64,000 nucleotides of DNA from Clostridia bacterium (GTDB taxonomy: Bacteria; Bacillota; Clostridia; Oscillospirales; CAG-272), in contig JAFTQV010000071.1 of NCBI GenBank assembly GCA_017462605.1, positions 15,336 to 79,335 on the forward strand. Direction: 5' to 3'. The notes under the pieces are model-generated. The model made no database searches and was not told the origin of the DNA. It was given only the letters and a program-made list of their open reading frames with translations. The position numbers and the translations under genes are program-made. The stretch's first letter is position 1. Every line of letters begins with the position of its first letter. Of the stretch, positions 30,173 to 40,062 are shown piece after piece.

Positions 30173-30931
30173 GTGCCGTTTGATAAAAATGCCGCAGACG
30201 TTTTGTTTATGCGCGGCGAATACGAAAAAGCGAGAGAAATGTTTCTTATGGGCGCCGAAGAAGGCTCAGAGATAGCGGCATACAATTATGCTTATTGCCT
30301 GCTTGGCGGATACGGCGGTGAGCGCGATCCCGCTCTTGCAAAAAGCTTTTTTACGTTCGCGAGAGATATGGAAGGCGGAGAAAGCTGCTATAATCTTGCG
30401 GTAATGTATCTTGACGGAGTGGGAGTTGAGAGGGATCTTCGGCAAGCTCTCGCTTATATGACAGACGCCGCCGAGCTTGGCTCGGTTGAAGCTATGCTTT
30501 ATCTCGGTATGTGTTACACTCTCGGATATATGCTGTACCCGGATATAACAGGTATATGTATGATACCTTATCACAAGCCCGAGATGCGCCTCGATGGTGT
30601 TCTTATGCTTGAAGGCGATATGGGGGATATAGCAAAGGATGAGGAAGAGCGATCAACCGTAGTACGCCAGGATCAGAGAAGGGCGTTTGAATACTTTGCC
30701 GAGGCGGCAACGGCCGATCCAACGTACGTTGAGGACCTTGTCGCAAAGGGCAGATTTCTTTTCGCGAGGTGCTTTATTGACGGTCTCGGGACTGATATCA
30801 ACCGAAATGTCGGTATGCAGCTTATGCTGAGCGCAGGTAAGCTTGGTTCGGTTGAGGCGGTCGCTTTCCTTGCGGAGAATGGTGTTGATACAAGGCAACT
30901 TGCGGAATTCAACGTTAAACCAAATGATTGA
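30173..30931 (+). CDS. Sel1-like repeat (SLR/TPR-family) protein
   Basis: Repeated '...A.YNLA.MY..G.GVERD...A..Y...AAELG..EAM..LG' units. The start is GTG. Confidence 0.7.
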   Translation: MPFDKNAADVLFMRGEYEKAREMFLMGAEEGSEIAAYNYAYCLLGGYGGERDPALAKSFFTFARDMEGGESCYNLAVMYLDGVGVERDLRQALAYMTDAAELGSVEAMLYLGMCYTLGYMLYPDITGICMIPYHKPEMRLDGVLMLEGDMGDIAKDEEERSTVVRQDQRRAFEYFAEAATADPTYVEDLVAKGRFLFARCFIDGLGTDINRNVGMQLMLSAGKLGSVEAVAFLAENGVDTRQLAEFNVKPND

Positions 30932-30998
30932 TATAATCAATATTTGACTATAATTAGTTACATAATTAAGGAAATATCCCAAAATACGGAGGATAATA

Positions 30999-32153
30999 AT
31001 GAAGTTGATTAAAAGCATTTTTGCGATTGTCACGTTGGCATGTATATTACTATTTGCTTCGTGCGCAAATAATCAGACGGATGATACTCATGGGGGAAAC
31101 AACGAGTCGGCTCACGATCATACTCTGGTCGAATATTCGGCAAGAGATCCCGAGTGCGCAAGCAACGGATACCTTCATCATTTCAAATGCGATGAATGCG
31201 GTAAGGCTTTCTCGGATAGCGAGGCGAAGAATGATATCTCGGGCAGAGAGATCATATATGCTGAGGGTCATAAGGTAGTAGATAATAAATGCGAGGTTTG
31301 CGGACTAAAGGCAGAATCCAACCTTTATTACAGAGGCTACAAGAACTCCGCAGGCGAATTTCTTTATTCTGTCGTTTCGGGAATCGGAAAATGCACAGCC
31401 TCGGATATAATCCTTCCGACGTACGTTTCCTCGGGCGGAGAAAAGATTCCGTTTGAGCGCATAGATGCAGGTGCTTTCAAGGACGTAAAGGGTGTCAGAA
31501 GCATATATATACCAAGCACAGTAAAGGCGATCAATCAGAATGCATTCCGTGGCTGCGCGGATCTTGAAGCTGTATTTTTTGAAGACGCATCTCTTTGTGA
31601 AGCTTTCTCCTCTTCGGTTTTCCAGGATTGCAAGAAGCTTGAGATTGTAAGCTTTGGAAATAATTCTAATCTGAAGCACCTTGGTAATAGCGTATTCAAG
31701 GGCTGCGTGAGGCTTTCTTTTGTTGATTTCGGTATGCAGTCGAAGCTTGAAGGAATATCCGAATATTGCTTTGATTCCTGCCACACCTTAGGTAGCGTAA
31801 GCATTCCCGTCGGTGTAAAAACCGTTTCTTCCAAGGCATTCTCGGATTGCTTCAGAATAAGAACTCTTTATTTTTCCGATGCCCTGACAGAGATTGGAGA
31901 CCTTGCCTTTGAAGGTTGCGAAGCGCTTGAAGCGATCAATCTCGGGCACGGCGTTATCAAGATCGGTAATTATGCTTTTTCGGGTTGCGCGTCTCTTTCA
32001 TCTGTAACGATTCCCGCGGCGACGAAAAATATCGGAAGCTATGCTTTTGAAAAGTGTAGTGACCTCACAATTACGCTTGCAAAGGGCGTAAGCACTCAGA
32101 ATTTCAATCCTTATTGGAACTATTATAATAACCCGGTTGTAAATAAAGAATAA
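30999..32153 (+). CDS. BspA-type leucine-rich-repeat surface lipoprotein
   Basis: Signal peptide with a lipobox-like LFAS|C, then ~22-aa LRR units 'I.IP..V..I...AF..C..L..V'. Confidence 0.75.
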   Translation: MKLIKSIFAIVTLACILLFASCANNQTDDTHGGNNESAHDHTLVEYSARDPECASNGYLHHFKCDECGKAFSDSEAKNDISGREIIYAEGHKVVDNKCEVCGLKAESNLYYRGYKNSAGEFLYSVVSGIGKCTASDIILPTYVSSGGEKIPFERIDAGAFKDVKGVRSIYIPSTVKAINQNAFRGCADLEAVFFEDASLCEAFSSSVFQDCKKLEIVSFGNNSNLKHLGNSVFKGCVRLSFVDFGMQSKLEGISEYCFDSCHTLGSVSIPVGVKTVSSKAFSDCFRIRTLYFSDALTEIGDLAFEGCEALEAINLGHGVIKIGNYAFSGCASLSSVTIPAATKNIGSYAFEKCSDLTITLAKGVSTQNFNPYWNYYNNPVVNKE

Positions 32154-32162
32154 ATAAAAATC

Positions 32163-32210
32163 GAGGCTGCCTCACAGTTCGCTTTTGCGGTGAGGCAGCC
32201 TCTTCTTTTA
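32163..32210. terminator. bidirectional intrinsic terminator
   Basis: 13-bp perfect stem gaggctgcctcac/gtgaggcagcctc, with A-rich sequence before and T-rich sequence after. Confidence 0.85.
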
Positions 32211-32219
32211 AAATATAAA

Positions 32220-33974
32220 TTAAATCTTAGCAAACTGGCTGTTGTAAAGCTCGGAGTAAAAACCGCCGCGCTTAAGAAGCTCGGAATGATTGCCTTGCTC
32301 GATTATCTTTCCGTCCTTCATAACGAGGATCACGTCTGCATTTTTTATGGTGGAAAGCCTATGCGCAACGATGAAGCTCGTTCTGCCTTTCATCATTGTC
32401 CGGAAGGCTTCCTGAATTTTTATCTCTGTGCGAGTATCGATCGAAGAGGTAGCTTCGTCAAGAATAAGCATGGGCGGCAGAGAGAGCATTATTCTTGCTA
32501 TGCAGATAAGCTGCTTCTGACCGAGCGAAAGCGATCCGCCCCCCTCGCCGATGACGGTATCATAGCCGTCTTTAAGTCTTTTGATAAATCCGTGAGCGTG
32601 AGATGCCTTCGCTGCCGCGATTATCTCTTCATCCGTAGCATTTGGCTTGCCCATTGCAATATTTTCCCTGACAGTTCCTGCCGAAAGCCAGGTCTCCTGA
32701 AGGACCATACCGTAATTCTTTCTTAAGGAACGGCGAGTCATAGACCTGATATCGCATCCGTCAACCGAAATGCTTCCCTTATCAACGTCGTAAAATCTCA
32801 TAAGAAGATTTATGACTGTGGTCTTTCCGCAACCGGTAGGACCAACGATAGCTATCCTCTGACCGTCGCGGACGTTAAGACTCAGATCCTCGATAAGCTT
32901 TTTGTCCTTGGTATACGAGAAGCTGACGTCGGAAAGAGTAACCTCTCCCTTCGCTTCACCGATATCCAAGGCGCTCTCGGAATCCGCTATCTCGGGCTCC
33001 TTGTCTATAAGCTCAAACATCCTTGATGCCGCCGCAAGCGCATTCTGGAATTCGGTAAGCACGCCCGATATCTCGTTAAAGGGCTTGGTATATTGGTTTG
33101 TATAAGATAGTAAGCAGGTAAGTGTTCCAACAGTGAAGGGAGTAGCGGCTCCCGCCGTTGCCACGGCGGTAAATGCTCCCGCCAGCGCGACCGCCGCATA
33201 TACAACGTTGTTGACGAAGCGCGTCGTGGGATTGACAAGAGAAGAGAAGAATATAGCCTTGAGCGATGAGCTTTTCAGTCTATCATTGATCTCATCGTAT
33301 TTTTTTTGTGATTCGTCCTCGTGAGAGAAGGCTATTATCACCTTTTGCTCGGATAGACTTTCATTTATATGAGCGGTAGCCTCGCCGTTTGTCTTCTGCC
33401 TCTCTGCAAACATACTGTGAGTTCGTGTTCCGATAAATTTCGCGATAAAGAGTGAAAGAGGAGTAAGTATCACAACGACAAGCGCGATCTTCCAGTCTAT
33501 AATAAGCATGAAAACAAGTGTGCCGATAATAGTGAGAACGCCTGTAAAGAGCTGAGTAAATCCAAGGAGCAGACCGTCTGCGAAAATATCCACATCGCTT
33601 ATTATACGGGATACTATATCGCCCTTGGCGTTTGTGTCAATATAAGAAATAGGAACTCTTTCAAGCTTTTGGAATGCCGCGTTTCTCATATCTCTGACAA
33701 CGTTATAGGTGATCTTATTATTGATCGCGCTCATCAGCCACTGCAAAACAGAGGTGAGAAGAACAACCGCGCCCGCAGTAATAAGGAGCTTAACGATCTT
33801 TCCGATATCAACGTTATCCTTGCCGATTATCAGATCGATAGAATCGCCGATGAGGATAGGAACGATGAGCGTGAGCGCAACAATACCTATCGCAAAGAAT
33901 GCGGAGATCGCCATGAGAAGCTTATATCTTCCGATGAATTTTAATGCGCGTCCGAGTGATGAATTCTTTTTCAT
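32220..33974 (-). CDS. ABC exporter, fused TMD-NBD (type I, MdlB/MsbA-like), subunit B
   Basis: Six TM helices then 'GPTGCGKTT', 'LSLGQKQL' and 'LILDEATS'. The start was set at ATG 33974 (MKKNSSLGRALKF), 1 nt after the upstream stop. Confidence 0.85.
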   Translation of the reverse strand: MKKNSSLGRALKFIGRYKLLMAISAFFAIGIVALTLIVPILIGDSIDLIIGKDNVDIGKIVKLLITAGAVVLLTSVLQWLMSAINNKITYNVVRDMRNAAFQKLERVPISYIDTNAKGDIVSRIISDVDIFADGLLLGFTQLFTGVLTIIGTLVFMLIIDWKIALVVVILTPLSLFIAKFIGTRTHSMFAERQKTNGEATAHINESLSEQKVIIAFSHEDESQKKYDEINDRLKSSSLKAIFFSSLVNPTTRFVNNVVYAAVALAGAFTAVATAGAATPFTVGTLTCLLSYTNQYTKPFNEISGVLTEFQNALAAASRMFELIDKEPEIADSESALDIGEAKGEVTLSDVSFSYTKDKKLIEDLSLNVRDGQRIAIVGPTGCGKTTVINLLMRFYDVDKGSISVDGCDIRSMTRRSLRKNYGMVLQETWLSAGTVRENIAMGKPNATDEEIIAAAKASHAHGFIKRLKDGYDTVIGEGGGSLSLGQKQLICIARIMLSLPPMLILDEATSSIDTRTEIKIQEAFRTMMKGRTSFIVAHRLSTIKNADVILVMKDGKIIEQGNHSELLKRGGFYSELYNSQFAKI

Positions 33975-33975
33975 A

Positions 33976-35688
33976 TCATACCACCTCCCCAAACTGCGTA
34001 TCATATATCTCTTTATAGAGAGGGCAGGCGGCAAGAAGCTCGCCGTGAGTTCCGATACCGATTGCTTTTCCGTCATCAAGCACTATGATCTTGTCTGCGT
34101 GCATAACAGAGGAAGCTCTTTGTGATACGATGAAAACAAGAGACTCCTTAGTGCTTTCGGCAATGGCGGAGCGCAGAGCCGCATCCGTGGCGTAGTCGAG
34201 CGCAGATGCCGAATCGTCAAGAATAAGGATATCGGGATTGCGAACAAGAGCTCTTGCTATGGTAAGTCTTTGCCTTTGACCGCCAGAAAGGTTTCTTCCG
34301 CCTTCCTCAATGTGAGCATCAAGTCCGCCCTTATCCATAACGACCTTGTCTGCCTGAGCAATAGCAAGCGCTCGGTTGATCTCCTCGTCGGTAGCATCTG
34401 CCTTGCCCCAGAGCATATTTTCTCTGATGGAGCCTTCAAAAAGCGCAGCCTTCTGAGGAACGACACCTATTCTTGATCGAATAGACTCCTTGTCAAAAGA
34501 GGAAATAGGCTTGCCGTCTACCGTTATCTCGCCTTTTGTGGCATCGTAAAACCTCGGAATAAGATTGATAAGAGAGGTCTTACCCGAGCCCGTACCGCCG
34601 ATAACACCGATGGTCTCACCTCGCTTGGCTTCAAAGGAAATATCCGAAAGAGAGGTTTCAGCAGCATTTTTATAGCAAAGAGAAACGTCATTAAACGATA
34701 TACCGTCTTTGAGTCCCGTGAATTTTTCATCGCCGTATTTCATACTGCTTTCGGTTTCGAATACTGCGGATATTCTATTTGCTGCCGCCGCCGATTTTGT
34801 GATGGTTATTATCAGATTTGCGAGCTTTATAAGCTCAACGAGGATCTGCGACATATAGTTATAAAGAGCAACGACCTCTCCCTGAGTAAGCTCACCAAGC
34901 TCAACTCGGATCGCTCCCGAATAAATAAGAGCTATAATGGCAAGGTTTATTATGATATAAGTAAGAGGATTCATAAGAGAAGAGATCTTGCCGACAAATT
35001 TCTGCATTGCCGTAAGCGCATCGTTTCTTTCTCTGAATTCGCTTATCTCCTCATCTTCCTTGCAGAATGCTCGGATAACTCTCGCTCCGTCAAGGTTTTC
35101 GCGGGTCTTGCTGAGAATAGAATCCACTCCCCTCGAGACCTTTTTATAAAGAGGCATGGTTATAAGCATTATGCCGAAAACAACGATAGAAAGCACAGGA
35201 ATGACGACAGCGAATGTAATAGCAGACTGCACGTCAACGGTAAATGCCATGATCATAGCTCCGAAAACAACGAAAGGAGATCTAAGAAGAAGTCTTAGAG
35301 TAAGGTTAATTCCGGTTTGCACCTGATTGGAATCGGCGGTTATCCGCGTTATAAGAGTAGAGGATCCGATAGTATCAAGCTCGGTATATGAAAGAGTGCC
35401 TATATGCGAGAATAGGGAAGAGCGCATCGCGGCAGAGAATCCGCACGATGCCTTTGCCGCAAAATACTGAGCCGTAACAGAGAATGCAAGACCGATAGCT
35501 CCGAGAGCGACTAATATCAGGCATGATCTCACTATATATCCGTGATCGGAGCTGCCTATGCCTTTATCGATCAAGGCGGCAATGACGAGAGGGACTATAA
35601 GCTCAAGTGCCGCCTCAAGCAGCTTGAAAAGAGGGCCGAGAACGCTCTCCTTTTTATATCCTTTAATAAATTTCAAAAGCTTTTTCAT
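33976..35688 (-). CDS. ABC exporter, fused TMD-NBD, subunit A (heterodimer partner)
   Basis: 'GGTGSGKTS', 'LSGGQRQR' and 'LILDDSAS'. Confidence 0.85.
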   Translation of the reverse strand: MKKLLKFIKGYKKESVLGPLFKLLEAALELIVPLVIAALIDKGIGSSDHGYIVRSCLILVALGAIGLAFSVTAQYFAAKASCGFSAAMRSSLFSHIGTLSYTELDTIGSSTLITRITADSNQVQTGINLTLRLLLRSPFVVFGAMIMAFTVDVQSAITFAVVIPVLSIVVFGIMLITMPLYKKVSRGVDSILSKTRENLDGARVIRAFCKEDEEISEFRERNDALTAMQKFVGKISSLMNPLTYIIINLAIIALIYSGAIRVELGELTQGEVVALYNYMSQILVELIKLANLIITITKSAAAANRISAVFETESSMKYGDEKFTGLKDGISFNDVSLCYKNAAETSLSDISFEAKRGETIGVIGGTGSGKTSLINLIPRFYDATKGEITVDGKPISSFDKESIRSRIGVVPQKAALFEGSIRENMLWGKADATDEEINRALAIAQADKVVMDKGGLDAHIEEGGRNLSGGQRQRLTIARALVRNPDILILDDSASALDYATDAALRSAIAESTKESLVFIVSQRASSVMHADKIIVLDDGKAIGIGTHGELLAACPLYKEIYDTQFGEVV

Positions 35689-36560
35689 CAGTTAAACTGC
35701 ATCCTGTAAGTAAATATTTTTTCTTCTCCCGAATTTAGTCTTATCATATCGGCTTTCGTCTCGAAGCATTCGTCCGATACTCCGTCTTTCGGGACGCCGC
35801 TCCATGGCTCGATGCAAATATAATCGGCATCTTTATGATCCGCCCGCCAAAGGCAAAGATATTCAAATTCTTCGCCGAAAGACATAGAAACAGACCTTTC
35901 CCATCTATCCGAAAAAAGGCGTACGCTTTTTCCGAAGTCCGAAAAAATTACCGTATCAAGCTCCTTAATCATTTCAGCATCTAAAGGAAGAATACCGCCT
36001 TTAGCATAAAAAGACTCGCATGAGCCGACAAAGGGGCCGCCGCAAAGCTTATGAAGTGTAAGCGTATCATTGCCAAGATCGATCGAGTGATCGTTGAATT
36101 TCAGTCCCGCTTCAAGTGGCAGCGCAAACCCCGGATGACCGCCGTACATAAATGGCAGAACGTCAGAGCCTGTATTTTTTATTACCGCAGAAACGGTAAG
36201 CGCATTTCCTTCGGCGGTATATTTTAAGGTTATGGAAAAGCGGAAAGGATATACCTCAAGCGTGCTTTGGCTTTCGGTAAGGGTGAAGATAAGAGTGGTC
36301 TCGTCGCGGAAGATAAGCTCGGGGGAAGAGCTATGAAAAAAACCATGGCATCCAAGCGCGTATTCCTTGCCTTGATAAGTGTATTTTCCGCTTTCGACTC
36401 TTCCGCAAATAGGAAAAAGCAGGGGAGAATGAGAGCTCCAGATAGACTCATCGCCCTTCCAGATATATTCGAAGCCTTCTTTATCCTTTGCCGAAATAAG
36501 CTCAGCTCCTATTTCCGTGAAGCGGTAGGTCATCATACCGTTTTTTAATTCGTATAGCAA
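35688..36560 (-). CDS. aldose 1-epimerase family protein (LacX/YihR-like)
   Basis: 'GAELIS...EYIWKGD...W..HSPLLFPICGRV' and 'GGHPGF'. The proposed TTG start at 36560 lies behind GGGGGTGAGG; the track start at 36614 is an alternative. The stop overlaps the ABC gene start. Confidence 0.75.
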   Translation of the reverse strand: MLYELKNGMMTYRFTEIGAELISAKDKEGFEYIWKGDESIWSSHSPLLFPICGRVESGKYTYQGKEYALGCHGFFHSSSPELIFRDETTLIFTLTESQSTLEVYPFRFSITLKYTAEGNALTVSAVIKNTGSDVLPFMYGGHPGFALPLEAGLKFNDHSIDLGNDTLTLHKLCGGPFVGSCESFYAKGGILPLDAEMIKELDTVIFSDFGKSVRLFSDRWERSVSMSFGEEFEYLCLWRADHKDADYICIEPWSGVPKDGVSDECFETKADMIRLNSGEEKIFTYRMQFN

Positions 36561-36727
36561 TCCCTCACCCCCGTTTTCGAATGAAAGTATATCATAACTT
36601 AAGCTTAAAGTCAACTATACAAATATATTTAAAATGAATATATTGATCAAATCCTTTATATCTATTGACAAAAATATCCTTTTGTGGTAATATTAAGCCG
36701 TAACAAAATTATATGGAGGACATATTT

Positions 36728-36958
36728 ATGCAGAGAATTTCCATAACTCTTAAAAGCATTGCAGACATCAGAAAGTTTGTAAACGAGGTAACTCTTCTTG
36801 ATTATGAGGTAGACCTTGAGCAGGGAAGATACATAGTAGACGCAAAGTCGATAATGGGAATCTTCGCTCTCGATACTCTTTCTCCTATCACTCTTGTTGC
36901 GCATAGCGACAATACTGAGAAGTTTTTTGAGGAAATAGACGAGTTTATCGTTAAATAA
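36728..36958 (+). CDS. HPr-family-like small protein (76 aa)
   Basis: 'DAKSIMGIFAL' resembles the HPr Ser46-region motif. The start was set at ATG 36728, 8 nt after GGAGG. Confidence 0.6.
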   Translation: MQRISITLKSIADIRKFVNEVTLLDYEVDLEQGRYIVDAKSIMGIFALDTLSPITLVAHSDNTEKFFEEIDEFIVK

Positions 36959-36970
36959 TTTTCATAAAGC

Positions 36971-37017
36971 AACAAAGAGAGCAGTTCGCGGTGAACTGCT
37001 CTCTTTGTTGTTTATTG
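36971..37017. terminator. intrinsic terminator (17-bp stem)
   Basis: aacaaagagagcagttc / gaactgctctctttgtt with a 5-nt loop, followed by gtttatt. Confidence 0.8.
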
Positions 37018-37034
37018 TAAACAAATATTGTAAT

Positions 37035-39179
37035 TTAAGGATTATTTAAAGCTTTATCGCTCGCTACCGTCGATTTGGCGTTCTTCTTTTCTTTGTCTCT
37101 CATACGGTAATCGCGCGAGCGCTTTTTTTCAATATAAGTCTTGTATATCGCAAGACCTGCAACCGATACAACGATAAGCACGGAAACTATGTGTATCCAT
37201 ATCTCGGTGGAGTCGGTTATCTTTAAGTTTTCCCAAAGGGTATTGACTCTCGTCTGAATATCGGGCGTGAAGTTTTTATAGCAGGTAGTACCGTAGACCT
37301 CGTTGTACGCCTTATTTACGTCATCCGGCATAGTATCGTAAAGGAGATCTATGGCAAACTCGCCCATATAATCGATGTAGTCCTCGTTTTCGGAAACGAG
37401 CTTATTGGGAGATGCATATCCTATATACATAGCATTCTCGACCGCAGCTGCCTCGGAGAGCATAAAGTTTATATACTCCTTAGCTGCCTCGGGATTTTTT
37501 GAGCTTTTCGGAATGCACATAGCATCGATAAAGTAGTTAACTCCCTCTTTGGGATAGTAGAAGCCAAGATCGGGAGCGCCCTCTGTCTCTGCCATCGTGA
37601 TATAGTCTCCGACAAAATATGGAGCTATCGCCGCCGAGCCTGAAGTCATTTTATCGAAGATCTCATCGTTGACGTATCCCTGAAGCAATGGCTTTTGGTC
37701 AACAAGGAGTGAAAGAGCTTCGTCCCATACCTCGGGATCGGTTGAGTTGACGTCAAGACCCTTCCAGTACATTGCGGTTGCAAATGCATCTCTCGGGTTG
37801 TTGAACTGCAGTATCTTACCTGCGTATTTCTCATTCCAGAGAATTCCCCAGGATAGCTCCTCGAGATCAGTCTCATCAACCATCTCTTTGTTATAAATGA
37901 TACCCATCATACCGTAAGTGTACGGAACGGAATAGACGTTATCCTTGTCGTAATAGGTATTCTTGAAGGCGTCGTCGATATTCACGTAATTCGGTATATC
38001 CGCTTCAACGTCGAAGGAGAGAAGAAGATCCTCTTCTATAAGCTTTTCAATCATATAGTCGGAAGGGATCACGATATCGTAGGATACCGCGCTGTTGTTG
38101 AGCTTCGAGAAAAGGTCCTCGTTGGTAGCATAAGTCGAATAGTTGATAACTATCCGCTTGCCGTATTTTTCGTAGTAATATTCCTCAAACATCGCATTGA
38201 CGTTGCCGTACTCGCTGTCCGAGCCGTCTGCCATATATTCACCCCAGTTATATACGTTGAGGGTGACGGTATCGCTATTCGATGCAACGATACCCGAGCC
38301 TGCAAAGGAGGCGAAGATGATAGCAACGACCGCAATAACAGCAACTGCCGCAGTTGCAATGGCGGCAATGCGCTTTTTCTTTCTGCCCGCGTCCTTCTTA
38401 TCGCTTTTGAGGTTGGATATAAGAAGAAGTATAAATATCGTTACCACGATTATCGTGGAAAGCGCGTACATATCGGGCTTTACCTTCTTCTTGGTCATTG
38501 AGTATATGAGAAGAGGAAGTGTCTGAAAGTTAGGGGGCGCTATAAAGTAGGAAATGACGAAATCGTCAAGCGAAAGGGTAAATGCCATAACAGCGCCCGA
38601 AAGCACCGAAGGCAGAATGTTTGGAAGCTTGACGCGTAAAAATGCCGAAAGGGGAGTGCAGCCGAGATCCTGCGCCGCCTCGGAAAGGGAATCTCCAAGC
38701 TCATTGATCCTCGGGAGCACCGAGAGAATAACGTATGGCAGGCAGAAGGTGGTATGCGCTATAAGCATAGCGGCAAATCCGATCTCATTGTAATCCGCGA
38801 TCTTGAATATCGCCATAACCGCCGCAAAGAAAAGCATCATAGACATACCCGTAACTATATCCGGGTTCATCATCGGAACGTTGGTGACAGAGGTGATAGC
38901 GGTTTTAATATACTTGTTTCTGATCTTGTAAATACCTTCCGCCGCAAGAGTACCGATGACGGTTGCAAGAAGCGCGGAGAGTATTGCAAGCACAAGAGTA
39001 TTTCTTAGCGCGGTGAATGCGTCGGGGTTCGCGAAAAGGTCGCGGTACCACTTTAAGCTGAAGCCTGTAAATACAGCGGTGCTTTCAGACGCATTGAAGG
39101 AGAAAAGTATAAGCGTGAGGATAGGAATATAAAGTATCGCAAAGACGATACCGAGATAAATTCTTGAGGTATATTTCAT
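37035..39179 (-). CDS. potCD: spermidine/putrescine ABC transporter, fused permease (PotC) and substrate-binding (PotD) protein
   Basis: The N-terminal ~260 aa carry the permease EAA loop 'EAAQDLGCTPLSAFLRVKLP'. A TM/Ala-rich linker follows, then the PotD-like 'LNVYNWGEYMA...'. Confidence 0.8.
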   Translation of the reverse strand: MKYTSRIYLGIVFAILYIPILTLILFSFNASESTAVFTGFSLKWYRDLFANPDAFTALRNTLVLAILSALLATVIGTLAAEGIYKIRNKYIKTAITSVTNVPMMNPDIVTGMSMMLFFAAVMAIFKIADYNEIGFAAMLIAHTTFCLPYVILSVLPRINELGDSLSEAAQDLGCTPLSAFLRVKLPNILPSVLSGAVMAFTLSLDDFVISYFIAPPNFQTLPLLIYSMTKKKVKPDMYALSTIIVVTIFILLLISNLKSDKKDAGRKKKRIAAIATAAVAVIAVVAIIFASFAGSGIVASNSDTVTLNVYNWGEYMADGSDSEYGNVNAMFEEYYYEKYGKRIVINYSTYATNEDLFSKLNNSAVSYDIVIPSDYMIEKLIEEDLLLSFDVEADIPNYVNIDDAFKNTYYDKDNVYSVPYTYGMMGIIYNKEMVDETDLEELSWGILWNEKYAGKILQFNNPRDAFATAMYWKGLDVNSTDPEVWDEALSLLVDQKPLLQGYVNDEIFDKMTSGSAAIAPYFVGDYITMAETEGAPDLGFYYPKEGVNYFIDAMCIPKSSKNPEAAKEYINFMLSEAAAVENAMYIGYASPNKLVSENEDYIDYMGEFAIDLLYDTMPDDVNKAYNEVYGTTCYKNFTPDIQTRVNTLWENLKITDSTEIWIHIVSVLIVVSVAGLAIYKTYIEKKRSRDYRMRDKEKKNAKSTVASDKALNNP

Positions 39180-40006
39180 ACTATTATACCCCCGTCCTCG
39201 TCCGAAAACTTATTCATGACCGTTATGGATATAAGAATAAGTATCATCATTATAAGAGAGATAGCAGCTCCAACGTTGAGCGCGCCCGTAACGAACTGAC
39301 GCTCGATAGTATCTCCTATGACCTCAAATGTACCGCCTCCAAGCTTCTGCGAAATGTAGAAGGTGCTGATGGAAGGAACCAAGACCATAGTGACTCCCGA
39401 GATTATTCCCGACATGGATAGGGGAAGGATAACCTTGATAAGAGTCTGGATCGGCGTGCATCCGAGATCGCTTGCAGCTTCCCACATATGCTTGTCTATC
39501 TTTGATATGCAGGTGTATATCGGAAGAACCATATAGGGAAGGAAATCGTATACCATTCCGAAAATGACCGCTCCCTTTGTACCGACGATATGAAAAAGCG
39601 GCTCGTCCACGTTGAATACCGCTCCGAAAATAGAGTTGAGAAATCCGCCGTCATCAAGGATCGCCATAATAGAATAGGTCCTGATAAGCAGGTTTGTCCA
39701 CATAGGAAGCATAAGAAGCATCATAAAGAACTTCTGGCTCTTGGGCGATGCCTTCGAGATGATATAAGCAAGAGGATATCCGATAAGAAGGCAGATAGCT
39801 GTTGCTATGACCGCAAGCTCCAAGGAAAGTCCGAATATCGGAGCATAATCTCCGAGAGATGCTATATTTGAAAAAGAAAAATTGCCGTTTGCATCAGTAA
39901 AGGCGTAGAAAACGACTATAATGAGCGGTAAAACAATGAAAAGCACCGCCCAGAAAATATGAGGAGCAGCCATGATGGAGCTCATCAGCGATTTCTTGTT
40001 TTTCAT
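39176..40006 (-). CDS. potB: spermidine/putrescine ABC transporter permease
   Basis: EAA loop 'EAASDLGCTPIQTLIKVILP'. There is a 4-nt overlap with the downstream gene. Confidence 0.85.
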   Translation of the reverse strand: MKNKKSLMSSIMAAPHIFWAVLFIVLPLIIVVFYAFTDANGNFSFSNIASLGDYAPIFGLSLELAVIATAICLLIGYPLAYIISKASPKSQKFFMMLLMLPMWTNLLIRTYSIMAILDDGGFLNSIFGAVFNVDEPLFHIVGTKGAVIFGMVYDFLPYMVLPIYTCISKIDKHMWEAASDLGCTPIQTLIKVILPLSMSGIISGVTMVLVPSISTFYISQKLGGGTFEVIGDTIERQFVTGALNVGAAISLIMMILILISITVMNKFSDEDGGIIV

Positions 40007-40062
40007 TTTTTCCTAAACCGAAAGGGTATAGACCCTTACATCTTTCATATTAATGGAATTTA

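Noticed and set aside
32161-32175. Shared 13-nt start CGAGGCTGCCTCA in two terminators (32161 and 59899) as a possible dispersed repeat element
   Set aside because: Only the 5' arm is shared; the loops and remaining stems differ. It is most simply coincidence between GC-rich terminator stems.
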